Assembly (NCBI GenBank): GCA_025999275.1 | Contig: AP024680.1 | Span: forward strand, 492,522 to 556,521 | Source: Patescibacteria group bacterium | GTDB lineage: Bacteria > Patescibacteriota > Microgenomatia > UBA8517 | Direction: 5' to 3' | DNA: 64,000 nt | Part shown: in pieces, positions 35,459-46,800 of the stretch | How the letters are laid out: the number at the start of each line of letters is the position of its first letter | How positions within the stretch are numbered: position 1 is the stretch's first letter | Position numbers and translations under genes: made by a program | The notes under the pieces: model-generated | The model's database searches: none | What the model saw: only the letters and a program-made list of their open reading frames with translations | Told to the model about the DNA's origin: nothing

Positions 35459-37279
35459 ATGAAGATTGATAAAGAGCTGACGAATTTAAAGTTAGCAGAT
35501 CTCCTGCGAGCAATAGCAGCTTCTTATCAAATCAAAGATCCTGTTGGTAATAAATTCAAAATTATTGCCTACAGTCGAGCTGCTGATGCGATAGAACACT
35601 TATCAAGTGAGGCTAAAGATTTATACGATGAGGGAAAACTAAATCAGATTCCTGGTGTTGGCCCTTCTATAGCCTCTCATCTTGAAGAATTGTTTAGAAC
35701 CGGCCGTTCGAAGCATTTTGAGGAGGTTATGAAAGGAATTCCAGATGCTGTTTTCAAACTAATGGAATTGCCAAGAGTAGGCCCAAAGACTGCTTTGAAG
35801 TTGGTCAAAAATCTAAATCTTGATTTGGTGGATGATCCTATCGCTGCTTTGGAGAAATCAGCCGAGCAAGGTAGAATAGCTTCGATTGAAGGGTTTGGGG
35901 AGGAATCGCAAAAAGATATTCTTCAGGCAATTCTTGAGTTTAAAGGCAAGAGCCGGCGAATGCTTTTGCCTTATGCTAGAGAAATTGCTGATAGGATAAT
36001 AGAATGGTTGAGGAAAGAGCCGGCAGTACTATTTGTGGATGCTCTAGGTAGTTTGAGAAGACAGGTTTCAACTATTGGTGACATTGATATAGCCGTGGCT
36101 TCCAAAAAGCCTTTGACGGTAATTAATCACTTTGTGAATTATCCAAAAACGGTTCGAGTAATAGAAAGAGGCGAGAAAACAGCTTCTATTCTTTTGCCTT
36201 CTGATATCCAAGTCGATCTTATGGTTGTTCCTCCAGACTCTTATGGTTCACTTTTGCAACATTTTACAGGATCAAAACATCACAACATTGCTCTTCGAGA
36301 ATTTGCTTTGAAAAAGGGATTAAGTTTGTCTGAATATGGTATAAAAATAAAAGAAAGCGGCAAGCTTAAGAAATTTTCCTCTGAGGAAAAGTTTTATCAA
36401 TTTTTGGGTTTGAAATGGATTCCTCCGGAGTTAAGAGAAGATACGGGAGAGATAGAAGCAGCTTATAATAACAAATTACCAAATCTTATTACTTTGGATG
36501 ATGTTAAAGCAGATTTACAGATTCATTCTGATTTTGACATTGAGACAAGCCACGACTTGGGCGAATCTTCAATGGAAGATATAGTTAGAAGAGCAAACGA
36601 GTTGGGATATGAATATATTGCCTTTACAGAACACAATCCTTCTAGAAGTCATCATAATCAAAGGGAAATTTTGGAAATCTTAAAGAGGAAGAAAGATAAG
36701 GTTTTAAATTTAAATGAAAACTTGACTGAAATTAAGAAAGAACAATTTAATTGTTCAGATAAAGAGGCTAAAGATATGGGAGTAAAAAAAGTGTTCAATA
36801 GCCTTGAGGTTGATATTTTACCCAATGGTGAGCTTGCTATAAATGAACAGGCTCTAGAGCTTCTTGATTTTGCTTTAGTCTCAGTTCACTCAAGCTTTAG
36901 ACAATCAAAAGAAGAGGTTACAAAAAGATTACTTTCTGCTTTAAGTCACCCTAAAGTTAAAATTTTAGCTCATCCTACAGCACGCAAAATAAATGAAAGG
37001 GAGGGTGTTGATGCTGAGTGGGTGAAAATATTTGAATTCTGTGTGAAAAATAATAAGTGGATAGAAATAAATGCAGATCCCATGAGGCTTGATTTACCTG
37101 ATTTTTTGGTTAAAGAGGCACTTTCATATGGGGTTAAATTTACTTTTGGGACTGATGCACACCATAAAGATGGACTTTATAATATGAGGTGGGGAGTGTC
37201 TGTTGCTAGGAGAGGCTGGCTAGAGAAAAAAGATATAATTAATTGTTTGACTTTGGAGGAATTTGAAAGTCTGTTCTAA
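35459..37279 (+). CDS. polX: DNA polymerase X family protein with C-terminal PHP (polymerase/histidinol phosphatase) domain
   Basis: HhH motifs ('IPGVGPSIA', 'LPRVGPKTA'), nucleotidyltransferase 'GDIDIAVAS', and a C-terminal PHP His/Asp motif 'HSDFDIETSHD...AFTEHNP'. Confidence 0.8.
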   Translation: MKIDKELTNLKLADLLRAIAASYQIKDPVGNKFKIIAYSRAADAIEHLSSEAKDLYDEGKLNQIPGVGPSIASHLEELFRTGRSKHFEEVMKGIPDAVFKLMELPRVGPKTALKLVKNLNLDLVDDPIAALEKSAEQGRIASIEGFGEESQKDILQAILEFKGKSRRMLLPYAREIADRIIEWLRKEPAVLFVDALGSLRRQVSTIGDIDIAVASKKPLTVINHFVNYPKTVRVIERGEKTASILLPSDIQVDLMVVPPDSYGSLLQHFTGSKHHNIALREFALKKGLSLSEYGIKIKESGKLKKFSSEEKFYQFLGLKWIPPELREDTGEIEAAYNNKLPNLITLDDVKADLQIHSDFDIETSHDLGESSMEDIVRRANELGYEYIAFTEHNPSRSHHNQREILEILKRKKDKVLNLNENLTEIKKEQFNCSDKEAKDMGVKKVFNSLEVDILPNGELAINEQALELLDFALVSVHSSFRQSKEEVTKRLLSALSHPKVKILAHPTARKINEREGVDAEWVKIFEFCVKNNKWIEINADPMRLDLPDFLVKEALSYGVKFTFGTDAHHKDGLYNMRWGVSVARRGWLEKKDIINCLTLEEFESLF

Positions 37280-37284
37280 AATTT

Positions 37285-37313
37285 TTGACATTCTAACCAA
37301 TTTAGATTAGAAT
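37285..37313 (+). promoter_or_regulatory. Candidate sigma70 promoter TTGACA-N17-TAGAAT upstream of lemA
   Basis: Consensus -35 with 17-nt spacing to a TAnnnT -10. It is followed by SD 'GAGGGAGGTG' and the lemA ATG. Confidence 0.45.
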
Positions 37314-37336
37314 GAAAAAAGAGGGAGGTGATAATT

Positions 37337-37918
37337 ATGATTTATCTAGTAGCTGCAGTAATTTTTGTTTTACTCTTGTGGATAATCTCCACCTATAATT
37401 TTTTTGTTTCGACTAAAGCAAGAATTAAAGCTTCAATTCAAGAGATAGGTAATCAGTTAAAAAGACAGGCGGATTTAATACCCAACCTTGAATCATCAGC
37501 AAAAGCTTATTTGAAGCATGAGAAAGGAATTTTTGATTCTTTGGCTGAGGCAAGGAAAGCGGTGGAATCAGCTGTCAAATCAGGGAATGTCCAAGAAATG
37601 GCTGATGCTGGAAGTAAGTTGGCTGCTATTTTACCTAAAATTCAAGTGGTAATGGAGTCAAACCCAGAAATAAAGGGCTCTGAAGTAATAACAAAGCTTA
37701 TGGATGAATTGCGTGATACTTCAGATAAGGTAATGTACGCAAGAAGGTTGGTAATAGATTTAACTGCTGACTTTAATGTTAAAAGAGCCTCTTTCCCTTC
37801 TAATCTAGTAGCTGCCATCTTTGGATTTCAAGAACAGCCTGGTTTGATTACACCTCTTGAAGGGGAACATATTGAGGTGAAAGGCGAGGACTTGAAAACA
37901 CCTCAGGTAAATTTGTAA
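37337..37918 (+). CDS. lemA: LemA family protein
   Basis: N-terminal TM plus 'YNFFVSTKARIKASIQEIGNQLKRQADLIPNLE', the LemA signature. The track starts at the GTG at 37328. The ATG at 37337 has better SD spacing. Confidence 0.8.
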   Translation: MIYLVAAVIFVLLLWIISTYNFFVSTKARIKASIQEIGNQLKRQADLIPNLESSAKAYLKHEKGIFDSLAEARKAVESAVKSGNVQEMADAGSKLAAILPKIQVVMESNPEIKGSEVITKLMDELRDTSDKVMYARRLVIDLTADFNVKRASFPSNLVAAIFGFQEQPGLITPLEGEHIEVKGEDLKTPQVNL

Positions 37919-37929
37919 TATATTTTGCT

Positions 37930-38853
37930 ATGCAAAATATTTACGAGGCGACGTCAGCAAACAAAAGAAAGAGCTTTTTGGTTGTTGTTTTCTTTTTGGC
38001 TTTTGTAAGCTTGGCTTCCTATTTTATTGTTTCGGCCCTTTCTTATTATTGGGGTTATGAAGCCAGTGGTTTAGGTATTTTTGGTATAGCCTTGATAATT
38101 TCAGGTTTTACCACCTTTATTGGTTATTTTTTCTCTGACAAGATTATATTAACTATTTCCAATGCCCACCCGGCAGATAGAAATCAGGATTTTGAATTTT
38201 ATACAGTAGCAGAGAATTTGAGCTTGGTAGCAGGTTTGCCAAAGCCTAAACTTTATATTATTGAAGATAGTGCTCCTAATGCTTTTGCAACAGGTAGGAA
38301 TCCGGAAAATGCTGTAGTTTGCGTAACCAGAGGATTGCTAGAAAAACTAAACAGAACCGAACTTGAAGGAGTTATAGCCCATGAGCTTTCTCATATTAAG
38401 AATTATGATATGCTTTTGATGTCAATAGTGGCTGTTTTAGTGGGTTCTATTTCTCTTTTAGCTGATATTTTTTTAAGAACTAGCTTTTATCGTGGAAATA
38501 GGGAGGAAAAGAATGGAATTCAAAGCTTGGTTATAATTTTAGGGATTCTATTTGCTATTGTCTCTCCAATAATTGCTCAGCTTATAAAATTGGCAATTTC
38601 AAGGAGGAGAGAATTTCTTGCTGACGCTTCAGCAGTTATGATTACAAAGCAACCATCTGGTTTGATATCAGCACTTAGGAAAATTTCTTCTGATTATGAA
38701 CCTCTTGAGGTGGCAAATAAAGCTACAGCTCATCTTTTTGTTGTTAGTCCTTTTAAAGGCAAGGGCCATAGGGCAGTGGATTGGTTTTCTGGCCTTTTTA
38801 ATACTCATCCTCCGATTGAAAAGAGAATTGAGGTTTTGGAAAAGATGATTTAA
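37930..38853 (+). CDS. htpX: HtpX-like M48 zinc metalloprotease
   Basis: 'HELSHIKNYD' HExxH, four TM helices and a downstream 'EFLAD' Glu ligand region. Classic lemA-htpX pairing. Confidence 0.8.
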   Translation: MQNIYEATSANKRKSFLVVVFFLAFVSLASYFIVSALSYYWGYEASGLGIFGIALIISGFTTFIGYFFSDKIILTISNAHPADRNQDFEFYTVAENLSLVAGLPKPKLYIIEDSAPNAFATGRNPENAVVCVTRGLLEKLNRTELEGVIAHELSHIKNYDMLLMSIVAVLVGSISLLADIFLRTSFYRGNREEKNGIQSLVIILGILFAIVSPIIAQLIKLAISRRREFLADASAVMITKQPSGLISALRKISSDYEPLEVANKATAHLFVVSPFKGKGHRAVDWFSGLFNTHPPIEKRIEVLEKMI

Positions 38854-38894
38854 GATTCTTGTCTTAATTTTTTTAAAGTTGTATTATTGCTTCG

Positions 38895-39200
38895 ATGACA
38901 ATCTTGACTGATAAGGACATAAAACACATAGCAAAACTTTCTAAGCTCACCCTTTCTTCGTCTGAGGTGAAGAAATTCAAAAATCAACTTTCAGATATAG
39001 TTAATTTCATTAAGGAACTATCCAGTGTTGATACCGAAGGAGTAGAACCAACTAGTCAGACTACTGGTTTGCTGAATAGTTTTCGTGATGATGAGGTTGA
39101 AGCTGGATTGATACAAGAAGAAGCTTTCTTTTCAACAGAGAATAACTATTCAGGATTTTTTAAAGTTAAGGCTTTATTGTCAGAAAGAGGGAAAAAATAA
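38895..39200 (+). CDS. gatC: Asp-tRNA(Asn)/Glu-tRNA(Gln) amidotransferase subunit C
   Basis: About 100 aa with 'ITDKDIKHIAKLSKLTLS...VDTEGVEP', the GatC pattern. Directly upstream of gatA. Confidence 0.75.
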   Translation: MTILTDKDIKHIAKLSKLTLSSSEVKKFKNQLSDIVNFIKELSSVDTEGVEPTSQTTGLLNSFRDDEVEAGLIQEEAFFSTENNYSGFFKVKALLSERGKK

Positions 39201-39208
39201 AGAATAGA

Positions 39209-40618
39209 ATGGAAATTCCTTTAACCATTAAAGAAACTCAAGAAGCTTTAAGAAAAGGAGAGATTAGCTGCGTTGGGTTAGTTGATTATTATTTGGAGAG
39301 AATCAATAAGTTTGACAAGGAGATTAATGCTGTCCTAACTGTTTCTTCGGAAGTTGCCTATAGGAAAGCGAGGGAAAATGATAAGTTGATTGATCAACTG
39401 GGAGACAGGGCTTTTGAGGAATTCCCATTGCTTGGTGTTTCAGTAATCCACAAAGACATGTTTCTTACCAAGGGGATAAGAACAACTGCTGCTTCAAAAG
39501 TGCTTGAGGATTACGTTCCAGTTTATTCAGCTACTGTGGTAGAAAGATTAGAAAAGGCAGGTTGTATTACTTTGGGCAAAGCTAATCAAGACGCTTGGGC
39601 TCATGGTTCCTCGGGTGAGAATTCAGACTTTGGACCAACTAAAAATCCTTGGAATGAAAAGCTTGTGCCGGGTGGTTCTTCAAGTGGTTCTGCAGCTAGC
39701 CTTGCCGCTGATTTTTGTTTGGTATCAACCGGGACTGATACTTGTGGATCTATTAGACTTCCGGCAAATTATTGTGGTGTCTTGGGTCTGAAACCCACCT
39801 ATGGTTCTGTATCAAGATATGGCGTTATTGCTATGGCTTCTTCTCTTGATAGTATTGGCCATTTTGGTAGAACTGTGGATGATGTCAGAAGGGTTTTTGA
39901 GATAACCAAGGGAATTGATGGCAGGGATTCGACTCTAGCTTCTCTTCATAAAAAGTTTATTGGTAAAGAACATCTCAAAATAGGGCTACCGAAAGAGTTT
40001 CTCGGAGAGGGTTTAGAAGATGAAATTAAAAATGAAGTCTTGCACACAGCAAAAATATTAAAAGAAATGGGTCATGAAGTTGTTGAAATATCACTTCCTC
40101 ATACAAAATACGGTATTGATGTTTACTATATTATCCAACCGGCAGAAGTTTCTTCAAATTTGGCCAGGTATGATGGTGTTCGCTATGGAAAGGATAGAAT
40201 CTTTTTTGGTGATGAAGCTAAAAGAAGGATAATGCTTGGTTCCTATGTTTTATCGGCTGGGTATTATGATGCCTATTATTTGAAAGCAATGAAGGTAAGG
40301 TCTATAATTATTAAGGAAGTAGAGGAAGCTTTTGAAAAGGTTGATGTTATTATTGCTCCAGTTTCTCCAACCCTTCCTTTTAAGTTGGGAGAGAAAATTA
40401 ATGATCCCTTGAAAATGTATCTAACTGATATTTACGCAGCAACAGCCAATCTCACTGGTATTCCGTCTTTGGCAGTTCCATCTGGATTTAACAAAAAAGG
40501 TTTGCCTTTAGGTTTTCAGATAATGGGGCCTAAGTTTTCTGAAAACTTGCTGTTTGATTTAGCAGAGAAATACCATAATTTTACAGATTACAGTCCAAAA
40601 GTAGTAAACTTAAGATGA
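39209..40618 (+). CDS. gatA: Glutamyl-tRNA(Gln) amidotransferase subunit A
   Basis: Amidase signature 'GGSSSGSAASLAA' with Ser-cisSer-Lys triad context ('KDMFLTKG'). Confidence 0.9.
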   Translation: MEIPLTIKETQEALRKGEISCVGLVDYYLERINKFDKEINAVLTVSSEVAYRKARENDKLIDQLGDRAFEEFPLLGVSVIHKDMFLTKGIRTTAASKVLEDYVPVYSATVVERLEKAGCITLGKANQDAWAHGSSGENSDFGPTKNPWNEKLVPGGSSSGSAASLAADFCLVSTGTDTCGSIRLPANYCGVLGLKPTYGSVSRYGVIAMASSLDSIGHFGRTVDDVRRVFEITKGIDGRDSTLASLHKKFIGKEHLKIGLPKEFLGEGLEDEIKNEVLHTAKILKEMGHEVVEISLPHTKYGIDVYYIIQPAEVSSNLARYDGVRYGKDRIFFGDEAKRRIMLGSYVLSAGYYDAYYLKAMKVRSIIIKEVEEAFEKVDVIIAPVSPTLPFKLGEKINDPLKMYLTDIYAATANLTGIPSLAVPSGFNKKGLPLGFQIMGPKFSENLLFDLAEKYHNFTDYSPKVVNLR

Positions 40619-41859
40619 AAGATTATACTTATTTGTTTAAAAATAGAAACTTTATTTATCTTTGGTCTTCTCAAATCTTGTCTCAACTTGCAATTAACAT
40701 AATGAATTTTTTGCTTTTAACCCGTCTTTTTTCTGTTACTAACTCGAGCATTGCTACCTCATTCTTATGGGTGGCTTACTCTTTACCTGCTATTTTATTA
40801 GGTCCTTTTGCATCAGCTTATGTTGATATGGCTGATAAAAAAAGGCTTTTGATAGTCACCAATTTTTTGCAATTTTTAGTTATTTTCACTTACGCTTTTA
40901 CCTTTAATTACAATATATTTTTAGCTTATGGTGTGGCTATGGCTTATTCATTTTTAAACCAATTTTACGTTCCAAGTGAATCGGCCTCTCTTCCTTCACT
41001 TATCAAGAAAAGGGATTTACCGTTTGCAAATGGTTTATTCTTTATAACCCAGCAATTTGCTGTTATTGCTGGTTTTGGTTTTGCTGGCATACTGAGTCAG
41101 TTATTGGGTTTTCAAGGTGCCTTGATTCTGTGTTCATTATTTTTACTTACAGCTTTTGTAAGTGTTTCTTTCTTACCAAAAACTAGAAGTATTGATTTGA
41201 CTGTAAAGAGTTTGGATAAATTGATCTTTGACTTCTTTTATAGAATTAAAGAGGGGTATGATTTTATTAAGGCTAATAACAGGGTTCTTTTCCCATTTTT
41301 ATTACTATTGGGAATGCAGGTAGGTTTGTCTATAATTGTGGTTAATATCCCCTTGATAGCTCAAGAAATCTTATCAATTCATGCTGATAAAGCTGGTGTT
41401 TTGGTAATAGTTCCTGCTGGTATAGGTGCAAGTGTAGGAGCAATTTACATACCTAATATCCTTAGAAAGCTTAATATTAGAAAGAAAAAAGTGGTCGAAA
41501 TATCGTTGGCTTTGTTAGCAGTTTCGATATTCTTGCTTTCATTTTTATTTTTGTGGCTTTACGGCACCTTTAAATTTGTTATATCCTTAATTATCTTAAT
41601 AACTATGGGTTCTTCTTTTATGGGTGTGATAATACCCACACAGACTTTTTTACAAGAGGTTGTGCCTGGAGGTTTGAGGGGACGGATATTTGGGAATTTT
41701 TGGTTTTTAGTAACTGTTGCCAGCGTATTTCCGGTTATTTTTTCCGGTGCTCTAAGCGAATTTTTAGGGGTTAGATTTTTGCTTTTTATTTTTGCTGCTG
41801 TAAGTTTTACTGCTTTTATTTTTATAAAAAAGAAAGGAGATGATTTAATTGGAAAATAA
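40615..41859 (+). CDS. MFS-type transporter
   Basis: 12 predicted TM helices and a 'DKKRLL'-type loop between TM2 and TM3. Start and stop overlap gatA and gatB. Confidence 0.7.
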   Translation: MKDYTYLFKNRNFIYLWSSQILSQLAINIMNFLLLTRLFSVTNSSIATSFLWVAYSLPAILLGPFASAYVDMADKKRLLIVTNFLQFLVIFTYAFTFNYNIFLAYGVAMAYSFLNQFYVPSESASLPSLIKKRDLPFANGLFFITQQFAVIAGFGFAGILSQLLGFQGALILCSLFLLTAFVSVSFLPKTRSIDLTVKSLDKLIFDFFYRIKEGYDFIKANNRVLFPFLLLLGMQVGLSIIVVNIPLIAQEILSIHADKAGVLVIVPAGIGASVGAIYIPNILRKLNIRKKKVVEISLALLAVSIFLLSFLFLWLYGTFKFVISLIILITMGSSFMGVIIPTQTFLQEVVPGGLRGRIFGNFWFLVTVASVFPVIFSGALSEFLGVRFLLFIFAAVSFTAFIFIKKKGDDLIGK

Positions 41860-43177
41860 TCTTATTCCTGTAATTGGACTTGAAGTTCATATTGAGCTTG
41901 CAACTAAAAGTAAAATGTTCTGCCGTTGTTCGGCTGATCATTTTGCTAAAAAGCCGAATACTCAAGTATGTCCTGTTTGTTTGGGTTTGCCCGGAGCTTT
42001 ACCTTATGCTAATAGACAAGCAGTGCTTGATACAATCAAATTTGGGCTTTCTTTCGGTTGCAATATTAATCTTTTTAGCAAATTTGATCGGAAGCATTAT
42101 TTTTATCCAGATCTTCCTAAGGGGTATCAAATTAGTCAGTATGATCTACCTCTTTGTTATGGAGGAAACTGGATTTTGAAAAATGGTAAAAAGGTTCGAA
42201 TAAGGAGAATTCACCTAGAAGAAGACACGGCCAAGATAGTTCATCAGAAAGTAAATAATGAGGAAGTAAGTCTTCTTGATTTTAACAGAAGTGGTGTGCC
42301 TTTAATGGAGATGGTTACAGAGCCTGATTTTAGCGAGCCTGATGATATTGTTGAATTCTTGAAGAATGTCCAGTTAAATGTGAGGTATTTGGGAATTTCT
42401 TCAGCTGATATGGAAAAAGGTTCGATGAGACTTGAAGCCAATATTTCTTTGAAAAAGAATACTGATCCTGTTGATTTTCTTCCTGATTACAAAGTTGAGC
42501 TTAAGAACATAAATTCATTTAGATTTTTAGAAAAAGCTGTAAATGCTGAGATTAGAAGACAGGTTGAGGTTTTGTCTTCTGGCAATAAGCCTATTCAGGA
42601 AACTCGAGGTTATAATGAAGAGATTGGTTTAACTTTTTCTCAAAGAGTAAAAGAAGAAGCTCAGGATTATCGTTATTTTCCTGAACCAGACATACCGCCT
42701 CTTAAATTCGACTCTGCCGAGATTAATGAAATTAAAAAACAAATTCCAGAACTGCCCAATCAAAAAAAGAATAGATTCGTTAGAGAATTTTCTTTGCCAG
42801 AGAATTATGCTGAAGTTTTGATATCTGATCTTCAGAAAGCTAATTATTTTGATGAAGCAGTTAAGCTAGGTAAAAAATATAACTTATCTGCCTTATTTTT
42901 AGCTGATTTGATTGTTAACAAAAAGATGAATGAGCAGTTTCCAGAGCCGGCAGGTTTGGTTAAAAAGGCGGTAGAATTATCAAAGAGGGATTATGCCTCG
43001 CATGAGGAAACATTAGAATCTGTAAAGGAAGTCTTAAAAGAGCAGGTTAAAGCTGTATCTGATTTTAATGCGGGTAAGGGAAGCGTGATAGGATTTTTAA
43101 TCGGTATGGTACAAAAGAAGCTTAAAGGAAAAGGTGATGCAAGATTGATAGACAAGCTTTTAAGGGAAAATATTTGA
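41849..43177 (+). CDS. gatB: Aspartyl/glutamyl-tRNA amidotransferase subunit B
   Basis: '[22 protein letters not shown]' is the GatB N-terminus, and there is a C-terminal YqeY/GatB domain. TTG start with SD 'AAAGGAGA'. Confidence 0.9.
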   Translation: MENNLIPVIGLEVHIELATKSKMFCRCSADHFAKKPNTQVCPVCLGLPGALPYANRQAVLDTIKFGLSFGCNINLFSKFDRKHYFYPDLPKGYQISQYDLPLCYGGNWILKNGKKVRIRRIHLEEDTAKIVHQKVNNEEVSLLDFNRSGVPLMEMVTEPDFSEPDDIVEFLKNVQLNVRYLGISSADMEKGSMRLEANISLKKNTDPVDFLPDYKVELKNINSFRFLEKAVNAEIRRQVEVLSSGNKPIQETRGYNEEIGLTFSQRVKEEAQDYRYFPEPDIPPLKFDSAEINEIKKQIPELPNQKKNRFVREFSLPENYAEVLISDLQKANYFDEAVKLGKKYNLSALFLADLIVNKKMNEQFPEPAGLVKKAVELSKRDYASHEETLESVKEVLKEQVKAVSDFNAGKGSVIGFLIGMVQKKLKGKGDARLIDKLLRENI

Positions 43178-43815
43178 ATATGGAAAGTCCTACTGCAGAG
43201 AAGCGTATTAGTTGGTACTTAAAAGGCCCTAGGGGAACGGGTGACTATGAAGCTCCCAATGTATTGGAATTAAAGAAAAAGGCATTTAAAGATCCTCTTA
43301 CCAATCTTAATAACAGAGAAGGTTTAAGAGAAATTTTTGGTAAATATCTAGAGATTTATAAAAGAAATATCCAGAATGCGAGTTTGAGAGTTTTTTTGAT
43401 TGATTTAGATGGGTTTAAGAGAGTAAATGATCGGCTTGGCCATAAGGTGGGTGATAGTCTTCTTGAGTCATTGGCTGGTAGGTGGCAAAAATCCTTAAGG
43501 CAGGAAGATGTATTAGCTAGAATAGGGGGCGATGAATTTGTTGTTTTAGCTTTTACAGGTGAGGAAGTGCCTATATTAGAAAGATTGAGAGAAGGTTTCT
43601 CTGAAGCGGTCAGGATGCTCAATCTACCTGGTGATTTAGAGGTTGGTTTTAGTATTGGCAGCGCTAGGATTGGGGAGGGATTAAATGAATCAGGGGAAAA
43701 AATAGAATTTGATATTAACAATACAGATGCCAAAGTTTTACTTGAGTCAGCTCTAAGATTGGCAGATAAAAATATGTATAATGACAAGAGCTCTAAGAAA
43801 GATGAAAGACAATAA
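43174..43815 (+). CDS. Stand-alone GGDEF-domain protein (putative diguanylate cyclase)
   Basis: '[16 protein letters not shown]' and intact 'RIGGDEF' active-site motif. No sensor or TM domain. Confidence 0.8.
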   Translation: MNMESPTAEKRISWYLKGPRGTGDYEAPNVLELKKKAFKDPLTNLNNREGLREIFGKYLEIYKRNIQNASLRVFLIDLDGFKRVNDRLGHKVGDSLLESLAGRWQKSLRQEDVLARIGGDEFVVLAFTGEEVPILERLREGFSEAVRMLNLPGDLEVGFSIGSARIGEGLNESGEKIEFDINNTDAKVLLESALRLADKNMYNDKSSKKDERQ

Positions 43816-46800
43816 ATTTGTTCATCTTCATGTTCATACAGAATATTCTCTTCTTGATGGTCTAAGTCGTATAAAAGATCTTGTGGTAACAGTAAAAGAT
43901 CTTGGAATGGACTCTGTAGCTATTACTGACCACGGAGTTCTATATGGTGTAGTTGAGTTTTATAAGAAAGCAAAAGAGATGGAGGTAAAACCCATTATTG
44001 GTATGGAAGCCTATATTGCAGATAGTCTTAAAAAACAGGAGAAAGGACAGACTTATCATCTTTTAGTTTTGGCAAAAGACAAGAAAGGTTATCAGAATTT
44101 GATGGAATTATCATCAATAGCTCACATAGAGGGATTTTATTATAAACCAAGAATCGACAAAGAGATTTTAAGGACACATAGAGAAGGTCTTATTGTTGCC
44201 TCTGGTTGTATGCAGGGGGAAATATCTTCTTTATTAAGAGATGGTGATTACGATAAAGCTAAAAAGGCAGCCGGTTGGTATTTAGATGTTTTTGGTGATG
44301 ATTATTATCTTGAAATTCAGAGGCATAATTTTCTTGATTATTTAGAACTTACTTCTGATAATGAAATTAAAAGTAATATTAGACAATCAGCAGAAGATGA
44401 AGAAAAAGTTAACAATGGCTTAATCAAATTAAGCCGAGACTTGGGAATTCCTCTTATTGCCACAAACGATGTTCATTATATTAGAAAAGAGGACGCTATT
44501 GCTCAGGATGCTTTGGTTTGTATTTCAACAGGAAAGACAGTTGGAGACAAAAAAAGATTGAGATACGTTGATACTCCGGACTTTTATCTTAAGAGCAAGG
44601 AGGAAATGTATAAGAATTTTTCAGATATCCCCGATGCAATTGAGAATACGGTAAAGGTTGCTGAGAAATGTAACGTTGAAATAGAAATTGGTAAATGGTA
44701 TTTTCCTAAATTTCCCCTACCAGAAGGGTTGACCGCCGAAGAACAACTTAGGAAGTTCTGTTACGAGCGTGTTGAGGACAGGGTGGGTAATGTAGATGAA
44801 AAGGTTAAGGAAAGATTGGAATATGAGCTTAATATTATTAACCAAAAGGGTTATGCGCCATATTTTTTGATAGTTGCTGATATGGTTAATTGGGCTAACG
44901 AAAGGGGCATTGTTACAAACACTAGAGGTTCGGCGGCAGGATCCTTGGTTTCTTACGTTCTAGGAATTACAACAGTTAATCCTCTTAGATATTATCTTCC
45001 GTTTGAGAGATTTTTAAACCCCTATCGGCCTTCTCCTCCAGATATTGATTTTGATGTTGCTGATAATAGAAGGGAAGAGGTTATTGATTATATTGTCCAA
45101 AAATATGGGCGGGAAAAAGTAGCACAAATATGTACTTTTGGAAGAATGTTGTCTCGAGCGGCTGTAAGAGACATCGCTCGTGTTTTAGGATATCCATATA
45201 GTGTGGGTGACAAAATAGCAAAGCTTATTCCTTTTCCAAAGCAAGGCTTTCCTGTAACTATTAAAAGTGCTCTGGAACAAGTGCCAGAGTTAAAAGAGAT
45301 TTATGATAAAGAACAAGATGCGAAGAAAATTATTGATTTAGCTATGCAAATTGAGGGTAATGCAAGGCATATTTCTGTTCATGCGGCAGGAGTTGTTGTT
45401 GCCCCAACTAAACTTACCGAGTTTACCCCCATACAAAAAGAGCCATCGGGTGAGAAGATAATTACTCAGTACGAAATGCATGCTTGTGAAGATGTTGGGT
45501 TAATAAAATTTGATATTTTGGGTATTAGAAATTTGTCTATTTTGGGTGCGGCTGTAGACATCTTGAAAAAAGAAGGGATAACAGTTGATCTTAAAAAGAT
45601 TCCGCTTGATGACAAAAAGACTTTCGAGATGCTTTCTAGAGGAGAAACGATGGGCGTCTTTCAACTTAGTAGTTCAGGAATGACCAAATATTTGAAAGAG
45701 CTTAAACCAACTTGTGTTGAAGATTTAATGGCAATGGTTGCTTTATATCGTCCTGGACCTATTGCTGTTATTCCTGAATATATTAAAAGAAAGAGAAATC
45801 CAAAATTGGTTAAGGTTATAGATAAGAGAGTTGAAAAGTACCTAGAAGCTTCTTATGGATTAATAGTTTATCAAGATGATCTTTTATTCTGTGCAATAGA
45901 GCTTGCCGGATATAATTGGGAAGAGGCAGACAAATTTAGAAAGGCTGTTGGCAAGAAAATTCCTGAGGAAATGGCAGCCCAAAAAGAGAAATTTATCCAA
46001 GGTGTGGTTAAAAATGGTCGATCTAAAGAATTTGCTGAAAATCTATGGAAATTATTTGAACCTTTTCAATCTTATGGTTTTAATAAAGCCCATGCTGCTT
46101 CATATGGAATGGTTGCTTATCAGACTGCCTATATGAAAGCCAATTACCCAGTTGAGTATATGACTGCACTTTTAACCGCTGAAAGTGGAGATAAAGAAAA
46201 AGTTTCAGCTGCGGTAAACGAATGTAGGCGAATGAAAATTAAAGTATTACCGCCTGATATAAATGAAAGTAACAAAGATTTTACTATTGTAAAAGATGAG
46301 AGTTCTTTAAATGGTAAAGCAATCCGTTTTGGACTTGGTGCAATTAAGAATGTTGGAGAAGCTGCTATTGGAGCTATTATCTCAGAAAGAGAGAAGGGGG
46401 GGGCTTTCCCCTCTTACATTGATTTTGTATCAAGAGTAGATTCTAGAAAAGTTAATAAAAAGGTCTTGGAAAGTTTAATCAAGGCAGGAGCGATGTCTTC
46501 TTTTGGTAGTAGAACTTTTTTACTTGCTAATATGGATAATCTTAGGGAAAAAGTGGTAAAAAAAAGTGGGGATGAAAATCAGCCAGCTCTTTTTTCTGAC
46601 TCAGAGATAAAAACGACAACGTCCTCTATTAACTTTGGTGAAGAGATGCTTAAAGAAGAATTTAGTAATGAAGAGATAGAAAGTTTTGAGAAACAGCTTT
46701 TAGGATTTTCATTATCATCAAAACCTATTGATGAAATATTGGGAGGAGTCGAAACTCTGGCAACTCACAAAATTGATGAGATTTGGGACGAAAATTTGGA

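Noticed and set aside
41874-42179. 101-aa alternate-frame ORF inside gatB
   Set aside because: It overlaps the conserved GatB N-terminal domain in another frame and has no independent signals.
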